A DNA stretch of 64,000 nucleotides from an uncultured Candidatus Saccharibacteria bacterium (GTDB lineage Bacteria; Patescibacteriota; Minisyncoccia; Phycocordibacterales; EsbW-18), in NCBI GenBank assembly GCA_964520295.1, contig CAZFMQ010000003.1, positions 1,060 to 65,059 of the forward strand. The letters are read 5' to 3'. The translations under genes and the position numbers were made by a program. Numbering within the stretch: the first letter of the stretch is position 1; each line of letters opens with the position of its first letter. Below are positions 47,984-57,325 of the stretch, piece by piece. Under the pieces are notes generated by a model, which saw nothing but the letters and a program-made list of their open reading frames with translations, was not told the DNA's origin and searched no databases.

Positions 47984-48178
47984 ATGAATCGCAAACAAGT
48001 AGCAGATCGTATCGAGCAGGAGCTCGAAACCCTCAACTGGGTTATTGATGAAAAAATCATTCACGGCATCTCATACCGCAGTGAATCAAAGCGCCACAAG
48101 GAGCTTCTGCGATGGGCGCGTCGCTTACGCCGCCCCTCATTCTTACGTCGTTTCTCTTCTGCGCTCGCACTCTTTTAA
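47984..48178 (+). CDS. small basic ORF (64 aa) immediately downstream of the LexA-box promoter
   Basis: MNRKQVADRIEQELETLNWVIDEKIIHGISYRSESKRHKELLRWARRLRRPSFLRRFSSALALF. It is the first ORF after the SOS promoter and ends 12 nt before the lexA GTG start. Confidence 0.3.
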   Translation: MNRKQVADRIEQELETLNWVIDEKIIHGISYRSESKRHKELLRWARRLRRPSFLRRFSSALALF

Positions 48179-48189
48179 TACGCACAAAC

Positions 48190-48759
48190 GTGGATTACCT
48201 CAGCACGCTCAATACATTCTACGCCCGCCACAAGCGCATGCCCACGTACGCTGAAATGGCAAAGCTCTTCGGCTTCAAATCAAAAAATGCTGTCGCAAAA
48301 GTAGTAGCGAAGCTTGTAGATGCAGGTGCTATTACCAAAGACCACCTCGGCCGTCTTATACCCAACACCCTTGCCGGTGAAGTGAAGATGCTCGGCTTTG
48401 TTGAAGCCGGTATTCCATCACCCGCCGAGCAATTTGTGTTCGATTCTGTCGCACTTGATGATTGGTTGCTCAATGACCGCGAAGAAACCTACATGCTCAA
48501 GGTAAAGGGGGACTCAATGATAGATGCAGGCATTATGGAAGGCGATTTCGTCATTGTGGAGCGTACCGAACACGCACGCGAGGGCGATATTGTGGTGGCA
48601 GAAGTAGATGGTTCGTGGACGCTCAAATATCTGCGTCGCGATGCGCAGGGAAGAATGTATCTCCAGCCCGGCAACAAGGCATATCACAACATATATCCCG
48701 AAGAAACGATGCGTGTGGGAGCGGTCGTTCGTTCAGTGGTGCGTCGCTACAAACACTAA
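48190..48759 (+). CDS. lexA: LexA repressor (S24 peptidase)
   Basis: wHTH FYARHKRMPTYAEMAKLFGFKSKNAVAKVVAKLVDAGAITKD. Cleavage site VEAG. Catalytic Ser in GDSMIDAGI, and catalytic Lys. A GTG start at 48190 gives a 189-aa protein. The track ATG at 48112 adds 26 aa and overlaps the upstream small ORF. Confidence 0.85.
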   Translation: MDYLSTLNTFYARHKRMPTYAEMAKLFGFKSKNAVAKVVAKLVDAGAITKDHLGRLIPNTLAGEVKMLGFVEAGIPSPAEQFVFDSVALDDWLLNDREETYMLKVKGDSMIDAGIMEGDFVIVERTEHAREGDIVVAEVDGSWTLKYLRRDAQGRMYLQPGNKAYHNIYPEETMRVGAVVRSVVRRYKH

Positions 48760-48785
48760 AACATCTTGTGGTATACTCTACCACT

Positions 48786-49325
48786 ATGGAAACACTTGGA
48801 TTCACACACACACTTATTGTGTGGGGCATACTCGCGATGCAAATCGCATCGCTCGCACTATTACTTGGTATCACCGGTGTCGTGCCCGCATTCAAAAAAA
48901 TAGTTGCACACGTATCTCGTCATGCAATTCTCATTTCATTTTTCGTTGTACTTATCAGCGTACTCGGCAGTTTGTATTATTCCGAGATTGCGGGCTTTGA
49001 GGCATGCACACTGTGCTGGGCACAGCGTTTCTTTGTCTACCCGCAAGTAGTGTTGTTTGCATTGGCACTCTATTGCAAGCGCCGTGATGTGCTCTTGTAC
49101 ACGAATGCACTCTCCATCATTGCATTGGGTGTTGCGGTGTATAACATCTATATCCAAACCGTTGGTGCCAACTCACTCTTTTGTGAGCCGGGGAGTATTG
49201 CTGCATCGTGTTTGGAGAAGTATGTAGAAGGCCTTGGCTATATCACCATTCCGGTGATGTCGGCAACGGCGCTGGTGTTCTTGTTGCTGACCGCGTGGGC
49301 GCACCACAGAACGCATAAAAATTAA
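48786..49325 (+). CDS. disulfide bond formation protein B-like (DsbB/BdbC family)
   Basis: 4-TM protein with CTLCWAQR in the first periplasmic loop and a second Cys pair (CEPGSIAASC). The start is taken at ATG 48786 (METLGF). Confidence 0.65.
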   Translation: METLGFTHTLIVWGILAMQIASLALLLGITGVVPAFKKIVAHVSRHAILISFFVVLISVLGSLYYSEIAGFEACTLCWAQRFFVYPQVVLFALALYCKRRDVLLYTNALSIIALGVAVYNIYIQTVGANSLFCEPGSIAASCLEKYVEGLGYITIPVMSATALVFLLLTAWAHHRTHKN

Positions 49326-49342
49326 AAAATAATTATATCAAT

Positions 49343-49999
49343 ATGAATAAATTTATCTTGGCAGTAGTGGTCGCAATGATACTCGGTGGTTGGTGGTACG
49401 CTTCAAAGAGCGACACACCTGCACCAGAGAACACAACAGAAACCGAAACAACAATGGGTTCAGTCAGCACATTGGAAGATGGTGTATACACACTTAACAC
49501 CACAGAGAGCAATGTTGCATGGACAGGACGCAAGACTCTTATTAAGGATTACTACGATCACGGCACCATCGCATTCAGCAGCGGTTCAGTTGTGGTAACA
49601 GATGGCGCACTTGTTGCAGGTTCGTTTGTGGTAGATATCAATTCAATTGCGGTATCTTCAACAGGAAAGGGTATGGGAACAGATATGCTCACCAATCACC
49701 TTAAGTCAGCTGACTTTTTTGACGCGGCAACGCACCCAACAGCAACCGTCGGACTCGTATCAGTTGATGCAGACGGTACCGTTACTGCAGATGTGACTAT
49801 CAAGGGCATCACACAGCGTGTCACATTTCCTGCAACGATTGCACAAGACGGCACTACTATTACAGGAACAGCAGACCTTACCATTGACCGTACCCTTTGG
49901 GATATTCGCTTTGGCTCGACTAAATTCTTCGGGGATCTCGGCGACAACACTGTTGGCGATGAAGTAGCACTTACGTTGACACTCGTAGCGCAGAAATAA
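49343..49999 (+). CDS. YceI-like domain protein
   Basis: N-terminal TM. C-terminal domain ...VAWTGRKTLIKDYYDHGTIAFSSGSVVV...TFPATI... resembling the YceI lipid or polyisoprenoid-binding fold. Confidence 0.65.
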   Translation: MNKFILAVVVAMILGGWWYASKSDTPAPENTTETETTMGSVSTLEDGVYTLNTTESNVAWTGRKTLIKDYYDHGTIAFSSGSVVVTDGALVAGSFVVDINSIAVSSTGKGMGTDMLTNHLKSADFFDAATHPTATVGLVSVDADGTVTADVTIKGITQRVTFPATIAQDGTTITGTADLTIDRTLWDIRFGSTKFFGDLGDNTVGDEVALTLTLVAQK

Positions 50000-50043
50000 C
50001 ACGCGCTCGTGTAACGTTTCCTACGCCGTGCTCCATTATCTAG

Positions 50044-50928
50044 GTGACAGTATTACAGAGTAATTATATACGTATGGAATCAAGTACAGTGCAACAGGCG
50101 GCGAAGTATCTTGGATGGTTGTGTATCGCGCTCATTGCGTTCGTGGCAATTCTGAGCTTCAACGCACTTAAAGAGTATCGCTATATTGGTGGCGGTGTTC
50201 CATCTACGAATGTTATCACCGTGTCAGGGCAGGGCGAGGCGTTTGCTGTGCCTGATATTGCGGAGTTTTCGTACACCGTATTTGCGGAAGCAACAACAGT
50301 AGCAGAAGCACAGGCACAAGCGGCAGAGAAGGGTAATGCAGTACTCGCATTTCTCAAGGGTGAAGGTATTGCTGAAAAAGATATTAAGACTACAAGCTAT
50401 AGCGCTAATCCAAAGTATGAATGGGTCAACGGTACCGTGCGTCCTATGATGGGTGCGGGCACGATGGGTTCCGTTGGCGCTACAGAGCCAGCAATTGCAG
50501 TTGATTACTACTATCCTGGCACACGCAATCAAGTCATCACAGGATATGAAGTTCGCCAAACGGTGTCAGTGAAGGTGCGCGATACTGAAGTGGTAGGTGC
50601 ATTGCTTGCGGGTGTAGGGGAGCGGGGAGCAACTGATATCTACGGTCCTAACTTCACTATTGATGATGAAGAAGTATTACAGCGCGATGCACGTCGCGAT
50701 GCTATCAAAGATGCAGAAGAGAAAGCTGAGCAATTAGCAGATGATTTGGGTGTTCGCTTGGTACGTGTCGTCTCATTCTCTGAGGGTGGTGGATACTATC
50801 CTCCATACTACTCACGCGATACGATGATGTCGGCAGGTATGGCTGTTGAAGAAAAAGCGATTCCCGAGATTCCACTCGGTGAAAACAAAATTACCGTCAA
50901 CGTCTCTATTACCTACGAGATTAGATAA
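50044..50928 (+). CDS. SIMPL-domain (DUF541) protein
   Basis: N-terminal TM. ...VSGQGEAFAVPDIAEFSYTV... and a C-terminal ...ITVNVSITYEI pattern typical of SIMPL. Confidence 0.7.
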   Translation: MTVLQSNYIRMESSTVQQAAKYLGWLCIALIAFVAILSFNALKEYRYIGGGVPSTNVITVSGQGEAFAVPDIAEFSYTVFAEATTVAEAQAQAAEKGNAVLAFLKGEGIAEKDIKTTSYSANPKYEWVNGTVRPMMGAGTMGSVGATEPAIAVDYYYPGTRNQVITGYEVRQTVSVKVRDTEVVGALLAGVGERGATDIYGPNFTIDDEEVLQRDARRDAIKDAEEKAEQLADDLGVRLVRVVSFSEGGGYYPPYYSRDTMMSAGMAVEEKAIPEIPLGENKITVNVSITYEIR

Positions 50929-50942
50929 CACGATAGGGAGCC

Positions 50943-50965
50943 CGCCCCGACATACTGTCGGGGCG
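50943..50965. repeat. 23-nt hairpin repeat copy 1; also a terminator of the SIMPL gene
   Basis: cgccccgacatactgtcggggcg is identical to 51743-51765. It forms the hairpin GCCCCGACA-TAC-TGTCGGGGC followed by cttcttttgttg. Confidence 0.7.
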
Positions 50966-51071
50966 CTTCTTTTGTTGACAGACATTCTCTGCATGTGTAT
51001 TGTGCCCACGTACAGTGTTCTTTTACAGTGCTACACACGTTCGTCAATGACGAACACGATAATCGGCACAT

Positions 51072-51728
51072 GTGCCGAAGAAAGGAGAAGGGGACATGTC
51101 CTCATTCTCGATTGGGCAAATGAATCAACTTGGCGACGCGCTTGAGCGCGCCGGCTTCATGCGGGAGCACATCACGATGCTCGGCCAGAACAAGGACGGT
51201 ATCCTCACCTCGGTCAAGGGACTCCTTGATGGTGTCTACAAGATCAAGACGAGAACGTTTCGCATCTGGAAAACCATTCCGATCGGCATCCACAAAGGTG
51301 CCGAAGGATATCTCAAGGCACTCCGCCGGAACCACAGCATGATCACGTGCACTGCCAGGGACATCTTGGAGAGGAAGCACTTCACGACGGCACCAGCTGT
51401 TGAGAACATCCAGCTCGTGAAAGTCACACCACATCATTTTGGATTTATCACGGAACCTCGCTTTGATGCGTTCTGCAGCCGTGGTCAGGAATTCGGACTT
51501 GAAATCTGCCCCGCAGAGGTCGGTCCGGCACTTGTCCTTGCATACGGCAAGCAGTCGTATAGCGAGCGTATTCAGGTCGCGATGGAGACCATTCCTGATA
51601 AGCAGCTTCTTCCCTCTGTGTGTGTGGTCGATATCGATCTCGGCCGCCGTGGCCTCTCGACCGTATTCTACTACCCTGACTCAAGGGTCGAGATTGATTC
51701 CAAATGGGTCTTTCGGACCCGCCGATAG
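51072..51728 (+). CDS. hypothetical protein in a GC-rich segment flanked by identical 23-nt hairpin repeats
   Basis: 218-aa ORF with GC content clearly above the window average. Bracketed by the identical hairpins at 50943-50965 and 51743-51765. No homology recognised. Confidence 0.4.
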   Translation: MPKKGEGDMSSFSIGQMNQLGDALERAGFMREHITMLGQNKDGILTSVKGLLDGVYKIKTRTFRIWKTIPIGIHKGAEGYLKALRRNHSMITCTARDILERKHFTTAPAVENIQLVKVTPHHFGFITEPRFDAFCSRGQEFGLEICPAEVGPALVLAYGKQSYSERIQVAMETIPDKQLLPSVCVVDIDLGRRGLSTVFYYPDSRVEIDSKWVFRTRR

Positions 51729-51742
51729 CATGAGTAGTAACT

Positions 51743-51765
51743 CGCCCCGACATACTGTCGGGGCG
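51743..51765. repeat. 23-nt hairpin repeat copy 2; also a terminator
   Basis: Identical to 50943-50965. Followed by ttgtcatttctg. Confidence 0.7.
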
Positions 51766-51852
51766 TTGTCATTTCTGAATGTACTTACGTGTTTCCATTT
51801 ATCACACGGTATGTGCTCTACGTCACATGGTACGTGTTACAATGGCTACAGC

Positions 51853-53607
51853 ATGCAATTTGATACCGAACAACTCATTCAATTTCTTGTAGACACAAAA
51901 ATGCTCTCGCTTTCTAAGGCGCAGGAACTGCAAGCATTGGCAGAAGAGCGTGATATGTCGTTTGAAGATATGGTGGTGTCTGAAGGTGCAATGACGGAGG
52001 ATGATATGCGACGCGCAAAAGCGCACGTTATCGGTATTCCATTTGTTGATCTCAAAGAAGAAAAAATTGAATATGATACGCTCGCACTTATTCCTGAGCC
52101 GATTGCGCGCGCCAACAATATTGTGGCGTACCGCAAGGTGAAAAATACACTGGAGGTTGCCATGTTGGATGTGCAGGATTTGCAGGCGATTGATTTCATC
52201 AAAAAGAAGACAGGGCTCACCATTTCACCGCGTCTGACCGATACCAACTCCATCAAGCGCGCGCTCATTCAGTACCAAAAAAGCTTGAAAGCGGAGTTTG
52301 GCGATATCCTGCAAGCAGATGCACTCGCCATCGGCTCGCTTGGAGAAGGGATTACGGACGATGCAAGCGGCGATGTACTCAAGAAAATAGCAGAAGATTT
52401 GCCGGTGGTGCGTATTGTTGAGACACTCGTGCGTCACGCCGTGGTTGGTGGCGCATCTGACATTCACATGGAGCCGATGGAGAAAGAATTGCTCGTGCGC
52501 TACCGCATCGATGGTTTGTTGCGTGATGCCATGACACTGCCAAAAGCCGCCGCCTCGGGCATTGTTGCGCGTATCAAAGTGCTTGCGAATCTCAAGTTGG
52601 ACGAAAAGCGTTTGCCACAAGATGGTCGTTTCAAAATGGATATTGATGGCGAGCGCGTCTCGTTTCGTGTATCCACACTACCAATTTATTTCGGCGAGAA
52701 GGTCGTGATGCGTATTCTCCACGAAGGCGCATCTGGTTTTACACTGGAGACACTCGGTTTTCACGGCGAAGCATTGGAAGCATTGCACTGGGCAACGAAG
52801 CAATCAACCGGCATGATTTTGGCAACAGGTCCAACGGGTTCTGGTAAGACCACGACGCTGTACACGATTTTGGATATCCTCAACACGCCCGACGTCAACA
52901 TTTCAACGATTGAAGACCCGATTGAGTATCAAATGCCTCGTGTCAATCAAACGCAGGTAAAGCCAGAAATAGGCATGACGTTCAGTAACGGACTGCGCGC
53001 ACTGGTGCGTCAGGATCCCGACATCATCATGGTGGGAGAAATTCGTGATGGTGAAACGGTCAATCTTGCTATCAATGCGGCGCTGACAGGACACTTAGTG
53101 CTCTCTACCATTCACACGAACTCTGCCGCAGGTGTCGTTGCGCGTATGCTTGATATGGGTGCGGAGCCATTCCTCATTGCGTCCACTATCAATGTGGTGG
53201 TTGGTCAGCGTTTGGTGCGCACGCTCACACAGCACAAAGAAAAATACACATTGTCTGCCGACGAACTCAAAACATTAGAACAATCTGTTGATTTGGAGCG
53301 TATGCTCGGTTTTCTCAAGCAGGAAGGTGTGGTGGAAAAAGATGCCACATGGAAGGATGTACCGTTCTATCGTCCCAAAAAGGTATCTGGTGATGACACC
53401 GATGGATACAAGGGACGTATTGGTATTCATGAAGTGTTCAAAGTGTCGTCAGCAACACGCGAATTGATTGTGCGCCGTGCGACCTCAGAGGAAATTGAAG
53501 AGCAGGCAAAGAAAGAGGGCATGATGACGATGCTGGAAGACGGTATTTTCAAAGCAGTACAAGGTGTTACCACTATTGAAGAAGTCCTGCGCGTGATTTC
53601 GGAATAA
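51853..53607 (+). CDS. second GspE/PilB-family type II/IV secretion ATPase
   Basis: GSPII_E N-terminal domain. Walker A GPTGSGKTTTLYT. Asp and His boxes. Start at ATG 51853 (MQFDTEQ). The track start at 51439 reads through the hairpin repeat. Confidence 0.9.
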   Translation: MQFDTEQLIQFLVDTKMLSLSKAQELQALAEERDMSFEDMVVSEGAMTEDDMRRAKAHVIGIPFVDLKEEKIEYDTLALIPEPIARANNIVAYRKVKNTLEVAMLDVQDLQAIDFIKKKTGLTISPRLTDTNSIKRALIQYQKSLKAEFGDILQADALAIGSLGEGITDDASGDVLKKIAEDLPVVRIVETLVRHAVVGGASDIHMEPMEKELLVRYRIDGLLRDAMTLPKAAASGIVARIKVLANLKLDEKRLPQDGRFKMDIDGERVSFRVSTLPIYFGEKVVMRILHEGASGFTLETLGFHGEALEALHWATKQSTGMILATGPTGSGKTTTLYTILDILNTPDVNISTIEDPIEYQMPRVNQTQVKPEIGMTFSNGLRALVRQDPDIIMVGEIRDGETVNLAINAALTGHLVLSTIHTNSAAGVVARMLDMGAEPFLIASTINVVVGQRLVRTLTQHKEKYTLSADELKTLEQSVDLERMLGFLKQEGVVEKDATWKDVPFYRPKKVSGDDTDGYKGRIGIHEVFKVSSATRELIVRRATSEEIEEQAKKEGMMTMLEDGIFKAVQGVTTIEEVLRVISE

Positions 53608-53680
53608 CACGAGGCACATACCACGCAACAGTTCACAGTGCACAGGAGAAAATACTACTGAATGTGCGATACTGTAGTAC

Positions 53681-54892
53681 ATGACGCGCTTTAAATACAA
53701 GGCGGTAACCGCGGCAGGCGACGTGTATGAGAAAGTAGGAGAAGCCGAGAGTGCAAAACAGCTTGCGCAAGATTTGTTGTCTCACAATGAGACACTGGTA
53801 TTTGCGCATCCGGTTACCGAAAAACGTTGGTATCAAAAACTCAATGTAGATTTTGGACGCATCAAGGTAACCGACCGTATTACGTTTGCAAAAAACCTTG
53901 CCGCAATGGTAGATGCGGGTCTGACGGTATCGCGCGGTGTCTCTATCATGGAGCATCAGACGGCGAGCAAGAAATTCAAAGACGTATTGGTGCAAATTGG
54001 TGCCGATATTCAAAAAGGCACGCCGTTTTCAATGGCATTGGCAAAATTCCCGCGCGTATTCTCCATGCTTTTTGTAGCGATGGTGCGTGCAGGTGAAGAG
54101 TCAGGGCGTTTAGGCGATGCGTTGCGCACCATCGCCGAGCAGATGGATAGAAGTTTTGCGCTCAAGCGCCGTATTCGCGGCGCACTCATGTATCCGTCAG
54201 TTATTTTGATACTCATGGTTATCATTGGTATTGCCATGATGATGTATGTGGTACCGACACTAACCGCGACGTTTGAAGAAATGGCAATTGATTTGCCTGC
54301 ATCAACGCGACTCATTATCGGGATATCAGAAGGACTTGCGGCACACCCTATTCTGTATATCGGTGGCATGCTTGGCGCAGTCGCACTCATTATTGCGGGT
54401 TTGCGTACGCGCGTGGGCAAGCGCGGGTTTGAGTGGTTTGTCATGCATACGCCGGTTATTCAAACAATTTCACAAGAAGCGAACTCAGCGCAGATGTCAC
54501 GCACGCTTGCATCACTCCTTTCATCGGGCGTGGATGTGGTGTCAGCGCTCTCCATTACGCGCGATGTGTTACAGAATTCATTTTACAAAGAAGTACTTGA
54601 TGAGGCGGGGGAGTACATTCAAAAAGGTTCGCAGATTTCTGATGTGTTCCGCAAACATCAAAAGATTTATCCGCCGATGGTGACGGAAATGGTGTCGGTG
54701 GGAGAAGAGACAGGAAAAATGCCTGACATGTTTATGCAGATAGCAACCTTCTTTGAAGGGGAAGTAGACCAGAAAACGAAGGATCTCTCAACGATTATTG
54801 AGCCGATACTCATGGTGGTGATTGGTGCGGCGGTCGGATTCTTCGCCGTATCAATGATTACACCGATTTATTCACTTTCATCGGGTATTTAG
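53681..54892 (+). CDS. pilC: type IV pilus inner-membrane platform protein PilC / GspF family
   Basis: Two GspF repeats. 403 aa. Directly after the ATPase. Confidence 0.9.
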   Translation: MTRFKYKAVTAAGDVYEKVGEAESAKQLAQDLLSHNETLVFAHPVTEKRWYQKLNVDFGRIKVTDRITFAKNLAAMVDAGLTVSRGVSIMEHQTASKKFKDVLVQIGADIQKGTPFSMALAKFPRVFSMLFVAMVRAGEESGRLGDALRTIAEQMDRSFALKRRIRGALMYPSVILILMVIIGIAMMMYVVPTLTATFEEMAIDLPASTRLIIGISEGLAAHPILYIGGMLGAVALIIAGLRTRVGKRGFEWFVMHTPVIQTISQEANSAQMSRTLASLLSSGVDVVSALSITRDVLQNSFYKEVLDEAGEYIQKGSQISDVFRKHQKIYPPMVTEMVSVGEETGKMPDMFMQIATFFEGEVDQKTKDLSTIIEPILMVVIGAAVGFFAVSMITPIYSLSSGI

Positions 54893-54897
54893 AAAAT

Positions 54898-56703
54898 GTG
54901 CGTATGTGCACTAAGTACACACAAAAGAACAGAGGTTTTACGCTCGCTGAAGTGGTTATTGCATCGGCGGTGTTCCTCATTATTGCAGTTGGTATTTACC
55001 AAGTGTATACATCACTCTTCCGCACTATTACCGCATCGCGCACCGTACTGCTGGCCTCAGCATTGGCGACAGAACAGTTTGAAATTGCGCGCAACATGCC
55101 ATACGACGATGTCGGTGTTGTCGGTAGTATTCCAAATGGTTTGATTCCAAACGCGCAAACACTGACGCGAGATGGCGTAGTATTCAATGCAACGACGACT
55201 ATTCGTAATGTGGACGATCCATTTGACGGTACCATTGGGGGATCGCCAAATGATACGTCGCCTGCTGATTATAAGTTGATGCAGATAGAGATTGATTGTA
55301 CGACATGTCGCACCTTTACACCTCTCACATTCACGACACGTGTGGCACCGAAGAATCTAGAATTTTCATCAGGCAACGGCGCACTCTTCGTGCGTGTGTT
55401 TGATGCCAATGGCCTGCCGGTGCAGGATGCAGATGTGCACGTAGAGTACACAGCAACAACATCGCCTGTGGTTATCAATGATGTGACCGATCAAAATGGG
55501 TTACTGCAACTTATTGATATTCCACCAGCAGAAACGGCGTACAGTGTTTCTGTAAGCAAATCTGGATATTCATCAGATCAAACGTATGCATACGGAAGTA
55601 TCGGTAGCTCTACGCCGTCGCTCCCGCACGCCACCGTATTGGCGGGCCAGGTTACGCAACTATCATTTACTATTGATGTATTGAGTTCATTGACGATTAC
55701 GAGCGTCACGAATACCTGTGAGCCCGTCGGTTCTGTTTCATTTGATCTTGAGGGAGCAAAGCTTATTGCCACCACGCCGGACGTGCGCAAATACGATCAA
55801 TCATTTTCTACAGACGCGAGCGGTAATCGTACCATCAATAATCTTGAGTGGGACACGTATGCGCTCGATATCACCGATGGTGCGTACGATTTGGCGGGAT
55901 TGATTCCACTGTTGCCACCAACACTAGCACCGGACTCGCACATGGATCTCTCGCTTGTGGTAACACCTTCAAACCCCGATGCGTTGTTGGTAACCGTCAA
56001 AGATGCGGCAACACAATTACCAATATCAGATGCCATCGTTACACTTGATGACGACGAAGAGCAGACAACAGGGCGTGGCTTTTTGACACAGACGGATTGG
56101 TCGGGGGGGTCTGGGCAAGAACTATACGAAGACGAAACAGAATATTGGGAAAGCGAAGATATAGAAACGAATGATCCCGATGGCGTGCTTACGTTGAATG
56201 CACTGGTGGGTTCCTATGATGCAGATGGCTGGTTGATTTCATCAATTTTTGATACTGGTTCTGCAAGTAATTTTTATCGCATTATGTGGCAACCGACCGA
56301 TCAGCCAACAAGCGTTGGTACAGATAGCGTGCGCTTTCAAATTGCCACAAATGATGAGTTGAATGCATCAACAACATGGTCGTATGTTGGTCCTGATAAC
56401 ACATCAGGAAGCTATTTTACAGTTGCAAATCAAAATATCGGTATTGAGCATACAGGGAAGCGCTACTTCCGCTATAAGATATTCTTGCGCACGGATGACA
56501 CTGATTTTACGCCAACGGTTTCAGATATTTCATTTGTATTTACATCAGCGTGCGTACCACCAGGGCAAGTGGTGTTTGGCAATGTCGGCAACGGTGCGCA
56601 CACGGTTGCTGTAGAACGTGATGGCTATCAGCCGTATGAGAGTTCACCATTTGCACTAACGGGATACTTTACGTCACATGAAGTATTATTGAATCCAGAA
56701 TAG
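54898..56703 (+). CDS. large (601 aa) prepilin-type protein with CarboxypepD_reg-like beta domains; candidate minor or tip pilin
   Basis: Class III signal ...KNRGFTLAEVVIASAVFLIIAVG (G|FTLxE). Beta-sandwich-like segments such as ALFVRVFDANGLPVQDADVHVEY. Confidence 0.6.
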   Translation: MRMCTKYTQKNRGFTLAEVVIASAVFLIIAVGIYQVYTSLFRTITASRTVLLASALATEQFEIARNMPYDDVGVVGSIPNGLIPNAQTLTRDGVVFNATTTIRNVDDPFDGTIGGSPNDTSPADYKLMQIEIDCTTCRTFTPLTFTTRVAPKNLEFSSGNGALFVRVFDANGLPVQDADVHVEYTATTSPVVINDVTDQNGLLQLIDIPPAETAYSVSVSKSGYSSDQTYAYGSIGSSTPSLPHATVLAGQVTQLSFTIDVLSSLTITSVTNTCEPVGSVSFDLEGAKLIATTPDVRKYDQSFSTDASGNRTINNLEWDTYALDITDGAYDLAGLIPLLPPTLAPDSHMDLSLVVTPSNPDALLVTVKDAATQLPISDAIVTLDDDEEQTTGRGFLTQTDWSGGSGQELYEDETEYWESEDIETNDPDGVLTLNALVGSYDADGWLISSIFDTGSASNFYRIMWQPTDQPTSVGTDSVRFQIATNDELNASTTWSYVGPDNTSGSYFTVANQNIGIEHTGKRYFRYKIFLRTDDTDFTPTVSDISFVFTSACVPPGQVVFGNVGNGAHTVAVERDGYQPYESSPFALTGYFTSHEVLLNPE

Positions 56704-56704
56704 T

Positions 56705-57325
56705 ATGCGTAGACCACCAGCACTACAACGCGGACTGACACTACCTGAAATACTTGTTTCGGCATTTATTGTATTGCTCATTGGCGGTGCGCTGTACGGC
56801 ATGTTTGGCGATAATTTCAAATTAGCGCGCCGCGCGTACCGTTCGCTCTCTGCACAACAGGATGTGCAGATTCTTTCACGGCGCTTTTTGGTGGAGACGC
56901 GCTCTGCCGTACCGTCTGAAGTCGGTGCGTATGCTATTCAAACAGCATCATCGGGCGAGTTTACGTTTTATACTGACGCAGATGATGACGGTATGATAGA
57001 GCGCGTGCGCTATTTTGTGTCCGGCACTGAACTACGAAAGGGGATTACCAATCCTATCGGCAATCCGCTTACGTACACGGGTGCAACAGAGCAGGTGCGC
57101 ACGGTGGTGCGTGATGTGGCGGCAACGACAACACCTGTGTTTACATATTATGGTGCAACATACAGTGGTGGGGCATCTTCAACACCACTCACTGTACCTG
57201 TTGATGTGTCGCAGGTTCGGTTGATTCAACTGACGATTACCGTTGATGCAGACGCGACACAGCCACCGGAGCCCGCTGTATTTTCTACGCAAGTTACTTT
57301 TAGAACGCTCAAAGACAATCTATGA
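56705..57325 (+). CDS. prepilin-type N-terminal cleavage/methylation domain protein (minor pilin)
   Basis: QRGLTLPEILVSAFIVLLIGG (G|LTLPE). 206 aa. Confidence 0.6.
   Translation: MRRPPALQRGLTLPEILVSAFIVLLIGGALYGMFGDNFKLARRAYRSLSAQQDVQILSRRFLVETRSAVPSEVGAYAIQTASSGEFTFYTDADDDGMIERVRYFVSGTELRKGITNPIGNPLTYTGATEQVRTVVRDVAATTTPVFTYYGATYSGGASSTPLTVPVDVSQVRLIQLTITVDADATQPPEPAVFSTQVTFRTLKDNL

Noticed and set aside
48615-48785. N-terminal extension of the DsbB-like ORF from track start 48615
   Set aside because: Overlaps the lexA 3' end. The membrane protein begins naturally at METLGF (48786).
51439-51852. N-terminal 138 codons of track ORF 51439..53607
   Set aside because: Reads through the duplicated hairpin terminator and GC-rich spacer. 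GspE_N homology begins at ATG 51853.
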